From positions 96,001 to 160,000 of the forward strand of contig JAKFCT010000028.1 of assembly GCA_036676495.1 (NCBI GenBank): a stretch of 64,000 nucleotides of DNA, in the 5' to 3' direction. The stretch's first letter is position 1. Every line of letters starts with the position of its first letter. The notes under the pieces were generated by a model. The model had not been told where the DNA came from and did no database searches. It worked only from the letters and a program-made list of their open reading frames with translations. This document shows positions 1-9,021 of this stretch, piece by piece. This stretch comes from Candidatus Sericytochromatia bacterium (lineage in GTDB: Bacteria; Cyanobacteriota; Sericytochromatia; S15B-MN24; UBA4093). A program made the position numbers and the translations under genes.

Positions 1-756
1 TACATCAACACCCAGGACGCCATGGGCGCCAACACCATCAACACCATGGTCGAAGGCATCGCCCCGCGCGTCGAGGAGTTGACCGGCGGCAAGGTCTACC
101 TGCGCATCCTCTCCAACTACACCGATACCTGCCTCGCCTGGGCCAAGTGCGTCGTGCCGCCCCATGTGCTCGCCACCGACGGCTGGACCGGCGAAGAGGT
201 CATCGAGGGCATGATCCAAGCCCACGCCTTCGCCGCCTCCGACCCGTACCGGGCCGTGACCCATAACAAGGGCGTCATGAACGGCATCGACGCGGTGGTG
301 ATGGCCACCGGCAACGACTGGCGCGCCATCGAGGCCGGAGCCCATGCCTACGCCGCCCGCGACGGCCACTACGGCCCGATGACCGACTGGAGCCGCGACG
401 AGAACGGCAACCTGGTCGGCTTCATCGAGCTGCCCATGCCGGTCGGCACCGTCGGCGGCTCCATCGGGATGCACCCAATGGCCCAGATCGCCCTCAAGTT
501 CGTGCGGGCCAAATCCGCGCGCGAGCTGGCCGAGGTGATCCTCGCCGTCGGCCTCGCCCAGAACATGGCCGCCATCCGGGCACTCGCCACCACCGGCATC
601 CAGCAGGGCCACATGGCCCTCCACGCCCGGACGGTCGCCGTGACGGCTGGAGCGCGCGGCGAACTCGTCGAGCGGATCGCCCAGGCCATGGTGGACGCCC
701 AGGAAATCAAGATCGAGAAGGCCCGCGAGTTGCTGGCCTCCCTCGGCGCCCAATGA
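1..756 (+). CDS. mvaA: Class II HMG-CoA reductase (5'-truncated by window edge)
   Basis: Frame open from base 1; DAMGAN, THNKGVMNG, GNDWRAIEAG and GTVGG motifs; C-terminal QGHMALH catalytic His; ATGA overlap with next gene. Confidence 0.95.
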   Translation, partial: YINTQDAMGANTINTMVEGIAPRVEELTGGKVYLRILSNYTDTCLAWAKCVVPPHVLATDGWTGEEVIEGMIQAHAFAASDPYRAVTHNKGVMNGIDAVVMATGNDWRAIEAGAHAYAARDGHYGPMTDWSRDENGNLVGFIELPMPVGTVGGSIGMHPMAQIALKFVRAKSARELAEVILAVGLAQNMAAIRALATTGIQQGHMALHARTVAVTAGARGELVERIAQAMVDAQEIKIEKARELLASLGAQ

Positions 757-1739
757 CCATGCCCGAGGAGCCGGACTGGCTCGCCTTCACCGAAGCCCGC
801 CCAGAGGCCCCCGGTGACGGGCGGGCCTTCGGCAAGCTGATCCTGGCGGGCGAGCACGCGGTGGTCCATGGACACCCGGCGATCGCCGCCCCCCTGCCGG
901 CGCTCTCCGCCCTGGCTTGGGTCAGCCCCGGCGAGGACGGGGTCCAGATCACCTCGGAAGGCTACTCCGACGCCGCCACGCTGGAGACCCGGACCGGGCC
1001 GCTCGCGCCCCTGGCCGAAGCCGCCCGCGACGCTCTCGACCGCATGGGGATCGACCCCGTGGCCCTCCCCCCGCTGCGCTTCCAGATCTCCTCGACCCTC
1101 CCCCCCGGTGCGGGCCTGGGCAGCAGCGCCGCCGTGACCGTCGCCCTGGTCCGCGGCCTCTACCAGTTCTTCGGCTTCCCGCTGGATCCCATGATCCTCC
1201 AGGAGATCGCCACCCAGGCCGAATGCATGGCCCATGGCACCTCCTCGGGCATCGATCCCGCCGCCGTCTCCGCCACCGGCCCCATCCGCTTCCAGAAGGG
1301 GCAAGTCCCGCATCCGATTCCCCTGACCGGCTCCCTGAATCTGGTCGTGGCGGACTCCGGAGAGCGCGCCCCCACCGGCAAGATGGTCGGCCATGTGCGC
1401 GAGCTGATCACGACCGACGCGGCCGCCCGCGTCCAGCTCGACGCCCTCGGCGGCATCGCGCCGCGCATGGAGCGCGCCCTGATCGACCACGACCTCGCCA
1501 CGGTCGGCGCCCTGATGAACGAGGCCCATGCAGGCCTCGCGGCGCTCGGCCTCTCCACCCCCAAGCTCGACGCCCTGGCCCAAGCCGCCCGCGACGCCGG
1601 AGCCCTGGGCGCCAAGCTCTCCGGATCCGGCGGAGGCGGCGTCGTCGTCGCCCTGACCACGCCGGACACCGCCCCCGCCGTCGCCCGACGCATGCAGGAG
1701 GCCGGAGCCAAGGCCGTCACCTACACCCGAATCCCCTGA
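753..1739 (+). CDS. mvk: Mevalonate kinase (GHMP family)
   Basis: GKLILAGEHAVVHG, PPGAGLGSSAA, HGTSSGID and GAKLSGSGGGG motifs; operon context. Confidence 0.92.
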   Translation: MTMPEEPDWLAFTEARPEAPGDGRAFGKLILAGEHAVVHGHPAIAAPLPALSALAWVSPGEDGVQITSEGYSDAATLETRTGPLAPLAEAARDALDRMGIDPVALPPLRFQISSTLPPGAGLGSSAAVTVALVRGLYQFFGFPLDPMILQEIATQAECMAHGTSSGIDPAAVSATGPIRFQKGQVPHPIPLTGSLNLVVADSGERAPTGKMVGHVRELITTDAAARVQLDALGGIAPRMERALIDHDLATVGALMNEAHAGLAALGLSTPKLDALAQAARDAGALGAKLSGSGGGGVVVALTTPDTAPAVARRMQEAGAKAVTYTRIP

Positions 1740-1758
1740 TCATCAGCCAGGAGCCCAC

Positions 1759-2793
1759 GTGGAACCCATCGAAGCCCGCAAGCACGACCATATCCGACTC
1801 AGCCTCACCGAAGACGTCCAGTTCGAGCACCAGCCCACCGGCTTCGACTCGCTGCGCTTCGAACACCTGGCCCTGCCGGAGCTCGACTTCGCCGACGTCG
1901 ACCCCTCGACCACCCTCCTGGGCAAGCCCCTGGCCGCCCCGCTGCTCATCTCCTCGATGACCGGCGGCCCCTCCCTCGGCGGAACCATCAACCAGAACCT
2001 CGCCAAGGCCGCCCAAAACGTCGGAGTCGGCATGGGCCTGGGCTCCCAGCGCATCACGCTGGTTCGCCCCGAGTCCACCGCCTCGTTCCAGGTGCGCCAG
2101 GTCGCCCCGGACATCCTGCTCATCGGGAACATCGGCGCCGTCCAGCTCAACTACGGCGTCGGCCTCGCAGAATGCCGGCAACTCGTCGAATCCGTCGGCG
2201 CGGATGCCCTCTACCTCCACCTCAACCCGTTGCAGGAGGTCATCCAGCCCGAAGGCGACACCAACTTCAAGGACCTGATCCCCAAGATCCGCCTGATCGC
2301 CCGCGACCTGGGCGTGCCCGTCCTGATCAAGGAAGTGGGCTCCGGAATCTCCGGGTCGCTCGCGAGGAAACTGGCCGATACCGGCATCTCCGCGCTCGAC
2401 GTGAGCGGCGGGGGCGGCACCTCCTGGGCCATCATCGAGGCGAAGCGGGCCCAAACCCCCATGCAGCAGTCCCTGGGAGAGCGCTTCCGCGACTGGGGCA
2501 TTCCCACCACCGTCTCGCTCATCCAGTGCCGCGACGCCCTTCCCACGATGCCCCTGATCGCCTCGGGCGGAATCCGCACGGGGATCGACATCGCCAAGGC
2601 GATCGCCCTGGGCGCCGACGCCGCCGCCCTGGCCCATCCCTTCCTGGAAGCCGCCACCCGCTCCTCCGAAGCCGTCGAGGAGGTCCTTCACCGCCTGATC
2701 CAGGAGCTCAAGATCGCCATGTTCCTGGTCGGCGCCCGCACGATCGCCGACCTCAAGGGCCGGCGCGACCTGCTCGCGGAGGTGGGACGATGA
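1759..2793 (+). CDS. fni: Type 2 (FMN-dependent) isopentenyl-diphosphate delta-isomerase
   Basis: RKHDHI, SSMTGG, GSQR, HLNPLQEVIQPEGD, KEVGSG and GGGGTSW motifs; GTG start after AGGAG. Confidence 0.95.
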   Translation: MEPIEARKHDHIRLSLTEDVQFEHQPTGFDSLRFEHLALPELDFADVDPSTTLLGKPLAAPLLISSMTGGPSLGGTINQNLAKAAQNVGVGMGLGSQRITLVRPESTASFQVRQVAPDILLIGNIGAVQLNYGVGLAECRQLVESVGADALYLHLNPLQEVIQPEGDTNFKDLIPKIRLIARDLGVPVLIKEVGSGISGSLARKLADTGISALDVSGGGGTSWAIIEAKRAQTPMQQSLGERFRDWGIPTTVSLIQCRDALPTMPLIASGGIRTGIDIAKAIALGADAAALAHPFLEAATRSSEAVEEVLHRLIQELKIAMFLVGARTIADLKGRRDLLAEVGR

Positions 2794-3773
2794 TCAAGAC
2801 GGCCACGGCCCAGGCCTGCAGCAACATCGCGCTGATCAAGTACTGGGGCAAGCGCGACGCCGCCCTCAACCTTCCTCAGAACGGCAGCCTCTCGCTCACC
2901 CTGGACGGCATGACCACCAAAACCACGGTTCACTGGGATGCCGGCTACGAGCAGGACGCCGTTTCGCTGAACGGCAAGGTCCTGGCGGATTCCGAACTCG
3001 CCAAGATGAGCAAGTTCCTGGATCTCATCCGCCAGGAAGCCGGCATGAGCCTCAAGGCCAAGGTGGAGTCGCAGAATAACTTTCCGACCGCCGCGGGCCT
3101 CGCGTCCTCGGCCTCCGGCTTCGCCGCCCTCGCCTTGGCCGCGAGCCGGGCCGCCGGCCTGGAACTGGAGCCCAAGCCGCTCTCGATGCTGGCCCGGCAG
3201 GGTTCCGGCTCGGCCAGCCGCTCGATTTACGGCGGCTTCGCGGAGTGGAAGAAGGGCGATCGCCCGGACGGTCTCGACTCGTACGCCGAGCAACTGATGC
3301 CCCCCGAGGCCTGGCCCGAAGTGCGCATGCTGGTGGTCGTCCTGGAGCCTCGTCCCAAGCCGATCTCCTCGCGCTCCGGCATGACCCAGACCGTCGCGAC
3401 CTCCCCCATGTATCCGGCCTGGCTGGAAACCGTGGGAGCCGATCTCGACACGGCCCGCAACGCCCTCTTCGCCCATGACCTCGAAGCCCTGGGGACGGTG
3501 GCCGAGGCCAACGCCCTGAAGATGCATGCCACCATGCTCACCACGCTTCCGACCATTCTCTACTGGCAGCCGACGACGGTCGCTCTCATGCACCGGGTCT
3601 GGGAGCTGCGGCGCGACGGGATTCCGGGGTGGTTCACGATCGACGCGGGCCCCAACGTGAAGGTGCTCACCGATGCCGTCCATGCCACCCAGCTCGCCGA
3701 GGCCCTGGGAGCAGTCGAAGGCGTCGAGCGGGTGCTGATCTGCGCGCCCGGCCCCGGAGCCGAAGTTTGCTGA
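2790..3773 (+). CDS. mvaD: Diphosphomevalonate decarboxylase
   Basis: Start re-set to ATG 2790 (ATGA overlap); NIALIKYWGK, PTAAGLASSASGFAAL, GSGSASRS and TIDAGPNV motifs. Confidence 0.95.
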   Translation: MIKTATAQACSNIALIKYWGKRDAALNLPQNGSLSLTLDGMTTKTTVHWDAGYEQDAVSLNGKVLADSELAKMSKFLDLIRQEAGMSLKAKVESQNNFPTAAGLASSASGFAALALAASRAAGLELEPKPLSMLARQGSGSASRSIYGGFAEWKKGDRPDGLDSYAEQLMPPEAWPEVRMLVVVLEPRPKPISSRSGMTQTVATSPMYPAWLETVGADLDTARNALFAHDLEALGTVAEANALKMHATMLTTLPTILYWQPTTVALMHRVWELRRDGIPGWFTIDAGPNVKVLTDAVHATQLAEALGAVEGVERVLICAPGPGAEVC

Positions 3774-4864
3774 CGCCGATCGTCGTCTCCGCCCCCGCCA
3801 AGCTGGTGCTGACCGGGGAGTACGCGGTCCTGGAGCCCGACCGCCTGGCCGTGGTCGCCGCCGTGGACCGCGCCACGGAGGCCAAGGTCGAACCGGACCC
3901 GATCGGGCGGCTCACGGCGCCCGCGCTCGACCTGGATGCGGCTCCGGCTGCCTATGCGGATGGGCGCTGGTCGCTTCGCGAGGCGCATCCCCAGGCCGGC
4001 TTCGTCTCGGAGGCCCTGAGCGTCACCCTGCGCTACCTGGAAGAAGGCGGCACGGAGCTCGCACCGTTTCACATGACGCTTTCCCCGGCCCTGGCCGAGG
4101 GAGGCATCAAGGTCGGGCTCGGGGGCAGCGCGGCGACGACCGTCGCCGCCGTCGCGGCCGTGCTCGCAGCCTTCGGGGCAGCGATCGATCCGGGCGTGGT
4201 GTACCGGCTGGGGGCGATCGCCCATCTGCAGGCGCAGGGCTCGGGCTCGGGGATCGACGTGGCCGCGTCGGCGTACGGAGGCTTGCTCGCCTTTTCCAGC
4301 CACCATCCCGAGTGGCTGAAGGCACGGCTCGAGGCCGTGCGCTCCGTCCGGGAGCTGGTCGAGGGCCCATGGCCCCACCTCCGGATCGAGCGACTGCCCT
4401 GGCCGTCGAATTGGGAGCTCATGGTGGGCTGGACCGGCAAGAGCGCCTCGACGCCGGCCTACCTCCAGCGGGTGGCCGGCCTCAAGGAGGCAGGCGATCC
4501 GCGTTATCCGGAGTTCGTGGAGGCGATGCAGGCCTCCAGCCGCTTGCTGATGCGGGGGCTGGAAGCCTGCGATGCGGGACTCTGCCTGCAGGCCATGGAG
4601 CAGGGCCGCGAGGCCATGCTGGACCTGGGGCAAGCCCTGGGAGTCTCGCTGGAAACTCCGATGCTCACCCGCCTTGCCGAAGCCGCTGCCGGCTGCCAGA
4701 CCGCCGGAAAGCCCTCGGGTGCCGGCGGAGGGGACTGTGGCATCGCCCTGGCCTTCGATCCCACACAGGCGGCATGCCTTCGTGAGGCCTGGCAAACCCG
4801 TGGCATCCGCCCGCTGGCCCTCGGCATCGCCCCGAACGGCGTTCAGCGCGTGCTGAACGGCTAA
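3767..4864 (+). CDS. Phosphomevalonate kinase (GHMP family)
   Basis: APAKLVLTGEYAVL, KVGLGGSAA, GSGIDVAAS and KPSGAGGGDCGIA motifs; likely TTG start overlapping the end of mvaD. Confidence 0.88.
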   Translation: MLTPIVVSAPAKLVLTGEYAVLEPDRLAVVAAVDRATEAKVEPDPIGRLTAPALDLDAAPAAYADGRWSLREAHPQAGFVSEALSVTLRYLEEGGTELAPFHMTLSPALAEGGIKVGLGGSAATTVAAVAAVLAAFGAAIDPGVVYRLGAIAHLQAQGSGSGIDVAASAYGGLLAFSSHHPEWLKARLEAVRSVRELVEGPWPHLRIERLPWPSNWELMVGWTGKSASTPAYLQRVAGLKEAGDPRYPEFVEAMQASSRLLMRGLEACDAGLCLQAMEQGREAMLDLGQALGVSLETPMLTRLAEAAAGCQTAGKPSGAGGGDCGIALAFDPTQAACLREAWQTRGIRPLALGIAPNGVQRVLNG

Positions 4865-4890
4865 AACGAAACGCCCACGCCCTCCTTCAC

Positions 4891-4930
4891 AAACTGTACT
4901 GCCCGAAACTGCCCTGATCTGCTGCTGTTT
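4891..4930 (+). promoter_or_regulatory. Putative MocR-family operator (ACTG/CTG direct repeats)
   Basis: AAACTG at 4891 and 4906; ACTGCCC at 4898 and 4908; TCTGCTGCTGT follows; lies upstream of the small ORF and MocR gene. Confidence 0.4.
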
Positions 4931-4987
4931 GGCACGTCCTTCGGAGCGTAATCTGAGCCATGCAGGTATTCAGAAGGGAGGTGCCCC

Positions 4988-5173
4988 ATGCAGCCGTGGA
5001 AAATTCAAACCCTTACTCATTGGGAAGATGCCCCCGAAGCGCGATTCGGGTACAAAGGCGCAAGCAAGACGATTCTACACTCGCTGATCCGGCTCAGTAA
5101 GATGGCCGGGCGTGGAGCGGCGCTGATTCCGCTCGTGGGCCCCGTGCGGGGCGAAGAGCGAGGTATCGAGTAG
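4988..5173 (+). CDS. Small hypothetical protein (61 aa)
   Basis: Strong SD (GGGAGGT) before ATG; fills the gap between putative operator and MocR gene; no recognisable domain. Confidence 0.5.
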   Translation: MQPWKIQTLTHWEDAPEARFGYKGASKTILHSLIRLSKMAGRGAALIPLVGPVRGEERGIE

Positions 5174-5197
5174 GCCGAAGGCGACGGAGGAATCCGC

Positions 5198-6655
5198 ATG
5201 CAGAATCCCAGCGACCTTCCCTCAGTTCCGCGCCCCCTTTCGGAAGCCCTCTATCTTTGGGTGGCCGAGCACGTCGAGGGGGCGATTCGCTCGGGAGGCT
5301 TGCGAGTTGGAGAGCGGATTCCCTCCATTCGCCACTTCAGTCGCCAACTCAACGTCAGCGCCAGCACGGTGAATCTCGCCTACCAGGTCTTGGAGCAGAA
5401 GGGGCTGCTCGTGGCCCGCGAACGCTCCGGCTTCTACGTCGCCGAGCGGCGCCTTCCGCCCGAGCCCGTCGTCATGCTCCCGCAGCCCTACGTGGGAGAC
5501 GTCACCGTGGGCGACCTGATCGCCCAGGTCCACCATGCGGCGAAGGATCCCAAATTCGTTCCGCTGGGCGTGGGGTCTCCCAGCCCCGATCTTTTCCCGC
5601 AGCAACGGCTGACTCGAATCCTACGCCAGGTCTGTCTGGAGCACCCCGAAACCTTCACCGGCTACGACCTCGCTCCCGGCTCCCCGGAGCTGCGCAAGCA
5701 GATCTCCCGGTACGCCCTCGATGTGGGCTACCACGTGGCTCCGGACGAGATCGTGACGACCTGCGGGGCGATGGAGGCGATCTTCCTCTGTCTCCGGGCC
5801 GTCGCCGAGCCGGGCGACGCCATCGCCATCGAATCTCCCGGCTACTACGGCTTCCTTCAAGCCCTCGAAGCGCTCGGAATGCGCGCCGTCGAGGTTCCGT
5901 CGCATCCCGTGGACGGGCTCCAGTTGGACGACCTCGAAGCGGCCATCGTGACGCACGGCGTCAAAGCCTGCTTGCTGATGCCCAACTTCAACAACCCGAC
6001 CGGAGTCCTGCTTTCCGAAGCGAAGAAGCGCGCGCTGGTCGCCCTCGTCAGCCGCTACCGCGTCCCCTTGATCGAGGACGACCTCTACGGCGACCTCGCC
6101 TTCGACGGCTCGCGGCCGAAGCCTTGCAAGGCGTTCGACACCCAGGGCTTGGTCTTGCTCTGCTCGTCCTTCTCGAAGACCCTCTCCCCGGGCTTGAGGG
6201 TGGGATGGTGCACGCCCGGCCGCTTCCAGCAACGGGTCGAGCTGCTCAAGGTCGCCAGCACCCTTGCTGGCCCCGGCCTCTCTCAGATGGCGATCGCCCG
6301 CTACCTTCAGCAAGGTGGCTACCGGCACCATGTGAAAGGCGTGCGGAGCACCTTCCGCAACAACATCGAACGCGCCGTCCAGACGATCTTCGACTCCTTT
6401 CCCGACGGAACCAAGGTGGGGAGGCCGCAGGGTGGCTTCTTCCTCTGGCTCGAGCTGCCGGAGTCCGTGGATGCCAAGACCTTGTTTCGCCTCGGCCTTC
6501 AGCATGGAATCTGCACCACGCCGGGCCCCATGTTCTCCGCGAGCGGGAGCTTCCAGAGTTGCCTACGGCTCAGTTGTAGCCATACATGGTCTCCGCGGAT
6601 CGAAGCGGGCATCAAGACACTCGGGCGCCTCACAACCCAGCTTCTCGAAGCCTAG
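5198..6655 (+). CDS. MocR/GntR-family PLP-dependent transcriptional regulator
   Basis: N-terminal GntR wHTH (GERIPSIR...VSASTV..AY..LE..G) plus class I aminotransferase-like domain (IEDDLYG, SSFSKTLSPGLRVGW). Confidence 0.95.
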   Translation: MQNPSDLPSVPRPLSEALYLWVAEHVEGAIRSGGLRVGERIPSIRHFSRQLNVSASTVNLAYQVLEQKGLLVARERSGFYVAERRLPPEPVVMLPQPYVGDVTVGDLIAQVHHAAKDPKFVPLGVGSPSPDLFPQQRLTRILRQVCLEHPETFTGYDLAPGSPELRKQISRYALDVGYHVAPDEIVTTCGAMEAIFLCLRAVAEPGDAIAIESPGYYGFLQALEALGMRAVEVPSHPVDGLQLDDLEAAIVTHGVKACLLMPNFNNPTGVLLSEAKKRALVALVSRYRVPLIEDDLYGDLAFDGSRPKPCKAFDTQGLVLLCSSFSKTLSPGLRVGWCTPGRFQQRVELLKVASTLAGPGLSQMAIARYLQQGGYRHHVKGVRSTFRNNIERAVQTIFDSFPDGTKVGRPQGGFFLWLELPESVDAKTLFRLGLQHGICTTPGPMFSASGSFQSCLRLSCSHTWSPRIEAGIKTLGRLTTQLLEA

Positions 6656-6665
6656 CCTTTCCCGC

Positions 6666-7529
6666 TCAAGCCGAGTTCCTGGACATCCGGCGGCCATGGG
6701 ATCGCGCGGTGCTTTCATAGCGTGAGGCCGGGTAAGGGACGCTGACTCCGGGCTCGCCGCGCTGGTAGAGCACCGTGATGGCCGAGCCGACCGGGAGGTC
6801 CAAGGGAGGAGCCGGGTGCCAGACGCGCCCCTCGTGTGGCCTGCCCTCCGCATCCAGGTAGCGGTAGCGCAAGCGGCGCCCCCCATACCAGGGCGCTTCG
6901 ATCTTCAAGACGTTACCGAGCGCGAGGCGGCCATGGGCGGCCAGCCGCTGATGGCGCCAGTCCTCCAGGGTGATTCGCAGCGGGCGGACGGCCAGCAGCA
7001 TGACCCCGATGGCGACGAACCCGATCAAGGCCCGGCGCTCCCAGGGCGCCACCGGCAGCAGCATGGCCATGAGGCCCAGCGCCGCCACTCCGACGCCCAT
7101 GCGCGCCACGGCATGCATGGGGCGCTCGAAGCCTTCCCGCCGCGCCACCTGACGCGGAGCCGCATGGGCCAGTTCCGGCGGACACCAGCCCGGAGGGACC
7201 TCATCCGGCTGCGGCACGCCGTGCAGCCTCAGGAACTCCCACGCGAGCAAGCTGCGATCCACCGCCAGGATCAGGCCGGCGACTCCGATCAGCCCCAGGA
7301 TCTCGGCCTGGATCGACTCGAAGAGCACGCCGACGATGCCCAGCACGACCATGCCGGCGCTGCCGGCGCAGAGCGCCAGGGTGCCAAGCAGATCGCGGCG
7401 CCCCTCCTCGCGCGCCTCGAAGACGCCCCAGCCACAGTCGGGGCAGACGCGGGGAGCATAGAAACTCAAGGCATGCACGGCGATCGCCGCCTGGCAATCC
7501 GGACAGTGAGTGGGAGAATCGAGCCGCAT
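6666..7529 (-). CDS. Hypothetical membrane protein with N-terminal zinc ribbon
   Basis: SD GAGGAGG before ATG 7529; CPDC...CPDCGW; about four hydrophobic segments; C-terminal beta-rich segment (LRYRYLDAEGR...GSAITVLY). Confidence 0.7.
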   Translation of the reverse strand: MRLDSPTHCPDCQAAIAVHALSFYAPRVCPDCGWGVFEAREEGRRDLLGTLALCAGSAGMVVLGIVGVLFESIQAEILGLIGVAGLILAVDRSLLAWEFLRLHGVPQPDEVPPGWCPPELAHAAPRQVARREGFERPMHAVARMGVGVAALGLMAMLLPVAPWERRALIGFVAIGVMLLAVRPLRITLEDWRHQRLAAHGRLALGNVLKIEAPWYGGRRLRYRYLDAEGRPHEGRVWHPAPPLDLPVGSAITVLYQRGEPGVSVPYPASRYESTARSHGRRMSRNSA

Positions 7530-7670
7530 GGGTTCCTCCTCGGCGGAATGCAAGCATCTGGAACGGGGCCTATACGCCTAAGCTTGCCAGGGCCACGTCC
7601 TCACCGCATTTCCTGCCCGTTAAGGGCTTGTAAAATCGTTCGAATCGCCGGCAGGACCAGCCTCTGCGGC

Positions 7671-7720
7671 TTGACAGGCTCTCGGAGGCGAATTAAGCTT
7701 ATTGCAGAGTTATTACATTA
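7671..7720 (+). promoter_or_regulatory. Sigma70-type promoter with overlapping Fur/Zur-type operator
   Basis: TTGACA(7671)-N17-TAAGCT(7694), followed directly by AT-rich imperfect palindrome TATTGCAGAGTTATTACATTA. Confidence 0.7.
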
Positions 7721-7729
7721 AGGAAGACC

Positions 7730-9010
7730 ATGCCTCCGAAACGCTGCCTGAAAGCCCTTTCCATCTCGCTCCGGCCCTCGGGCCTGTGGCCCTTTGCCCT
7801 GTTTCCGCTGGCCGTGCTGGCCGTGCTACCGCTGTCCATCCTTCCGGCCGTGGCTCAGGAGCGCGTCCTGCTGAGCCAGGCCGCCCCGAACCCGGACGGG
7901 GACGCGCAGGCCGACGAGGATCGCGCGATCTGGGAGGCGCTCCAGGAGCCCGCTCCGGCCGCTCCAGCGGCGCCGCGCGCGGGTCAGGGCATGAACCCGG
8001 ACATCAGCGTCATCCTGGACGTGGCGGGCGCCGGCTTCAGCGCCCCCCCCGACCAGCGCGGAGGCCACGACCCCAGCAAGAACGGCTTCAACCTCCAGCA
8101 ACTCGAACTCAGCATCGGCTCGGCCGTCGATCCCTACTGGCGTTTCGACGGGAACCTGGTCTTCAGCCAGTACGGAGTCGAGGTCGAAGAAGCCTACGCC
8201 ACCTCCACGGCCCTGCCCTCCAACCTCCAGCTCCGCGCAGGCCAGTTCCTGACCCGCTTCGGCCGCCTCAACTCCACCCACCCCCACTCCTGGGAGTTCG
8301 TGGATCAGCCGCTGGTCCTGGGCAAGTTCTTCGGAGGCGAGGGAAACCGCGGGCTGGGGACTGAACTCTCCTGGCTATCGCCCCTGCCGTGGTACTTGGA
8401 AGTCGTCGGCTCCGCCTCGGAAGCCCAAGGAGCCTCGACGGCCCGCAGCTTCTTCGGCTCAAACGACCTGGGAGTGCTGGGGCCCGCGGATCTGCAGCTG
8501 ACCGGAGCGGTCAAGCAGTTCTTCCCCTTCGGCCCGGACTGGTCGCTCGCCTGGGGCCTCTCGGGGGCCTTCGGCCCGAACCCCACCGGCCGGACCAACC
8601 GCAGCGAGATCTACGGCACCGACCTCTACCTCAAGTATCGCCCCCTGCGCGACGGGGATTGGACCACCGTCTCGCTTACCACCGAGGCCATGGCCCGGCG
8701 GCGCCAGGTCCCGGGCGGAGTCCTCAGTGACGAGGGGCTTTACACCACGCTATTCTGGCGCTTCGACCAGCGCTGGGGAGTCGCCGCCCGCCATGAGGCC
8801 GTCACCGGGATCGCCGGAGACACGCTGGATCCCGAATGGACCGGCATGCGGCAACGCACGAGCGCCAACCTGACCTACTGGCCGACCGAATTCTCGCGCA
8901 TTCGCCTCCAGGCCAGCGCCGACGCCCCCGAATGGAAGGCCGCGCCGGTCTACGGCGTCTTCCTCGCCTTCGAGACGGTCATCGGGGCGCACGGCCCCCA
9001 CCACTTCTAG
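7730..9010 (+). CDS. Outer-membrane beta-barrel, zinc-regulated receptor/porin-like
   Basis: Signal peptide; MNPDISVILD, ELSIGSAVDPY, FGRLNSTHPHSW motifs; alternating beta pattern; C-terminus GAHGPHHF; first gene of metal ABC operon. Confidence 0.8.
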   Translation: MPPKRCLKALSISLRPSGLWPFALFPLAVLAVLPLSILPAVAQERVLLSQAAPNPDGDAQADEDRAIWEALQEPAPAAPAAPRAGQGMNPDISVILDVAGAGFSAPPDQRGGHDPSKNGFNLQQLELSIGSAVDPYWRFDGNLVFSQYGVEVEEAYATSTALPSNLQLRAGQFLTRFGRLNSTHPHSWEFVDQPLVLGKFFGGEGNRGLGTELSWLSPLPWYLEVVGSASEAQGASTARSFFGSNDLGVLGPADLQLTGAVKQFFPFGPDWSLAWGLSGAFGPNPTGRTNRSEIYGTDLYLKYRPLRDGDWTTVSLTTEAMARRRQVPGGVLSDEGLYTTLFWRFDQRWGVAARHEAVTGIAGDTLDPEWTGMRQRTSANLTYWPTEFSRIRLQASADAPEWKAAPVYGVFLAFETVIGAHGPHHF

Positions 9011-9021
9011 GAGCTCTCCTG

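Noticed and set aside
2172-3773. N-terminally extended ORF-track starts (mvaD, PMK, znuA, 9669, 21236-22366, 31247-32935, 47723 and others)
   Set aside because: The extensions overlap neighbouring genes and are Arg/Pro-rich noise; downstream starts have SD sites, signal peptides or stop/start coupling
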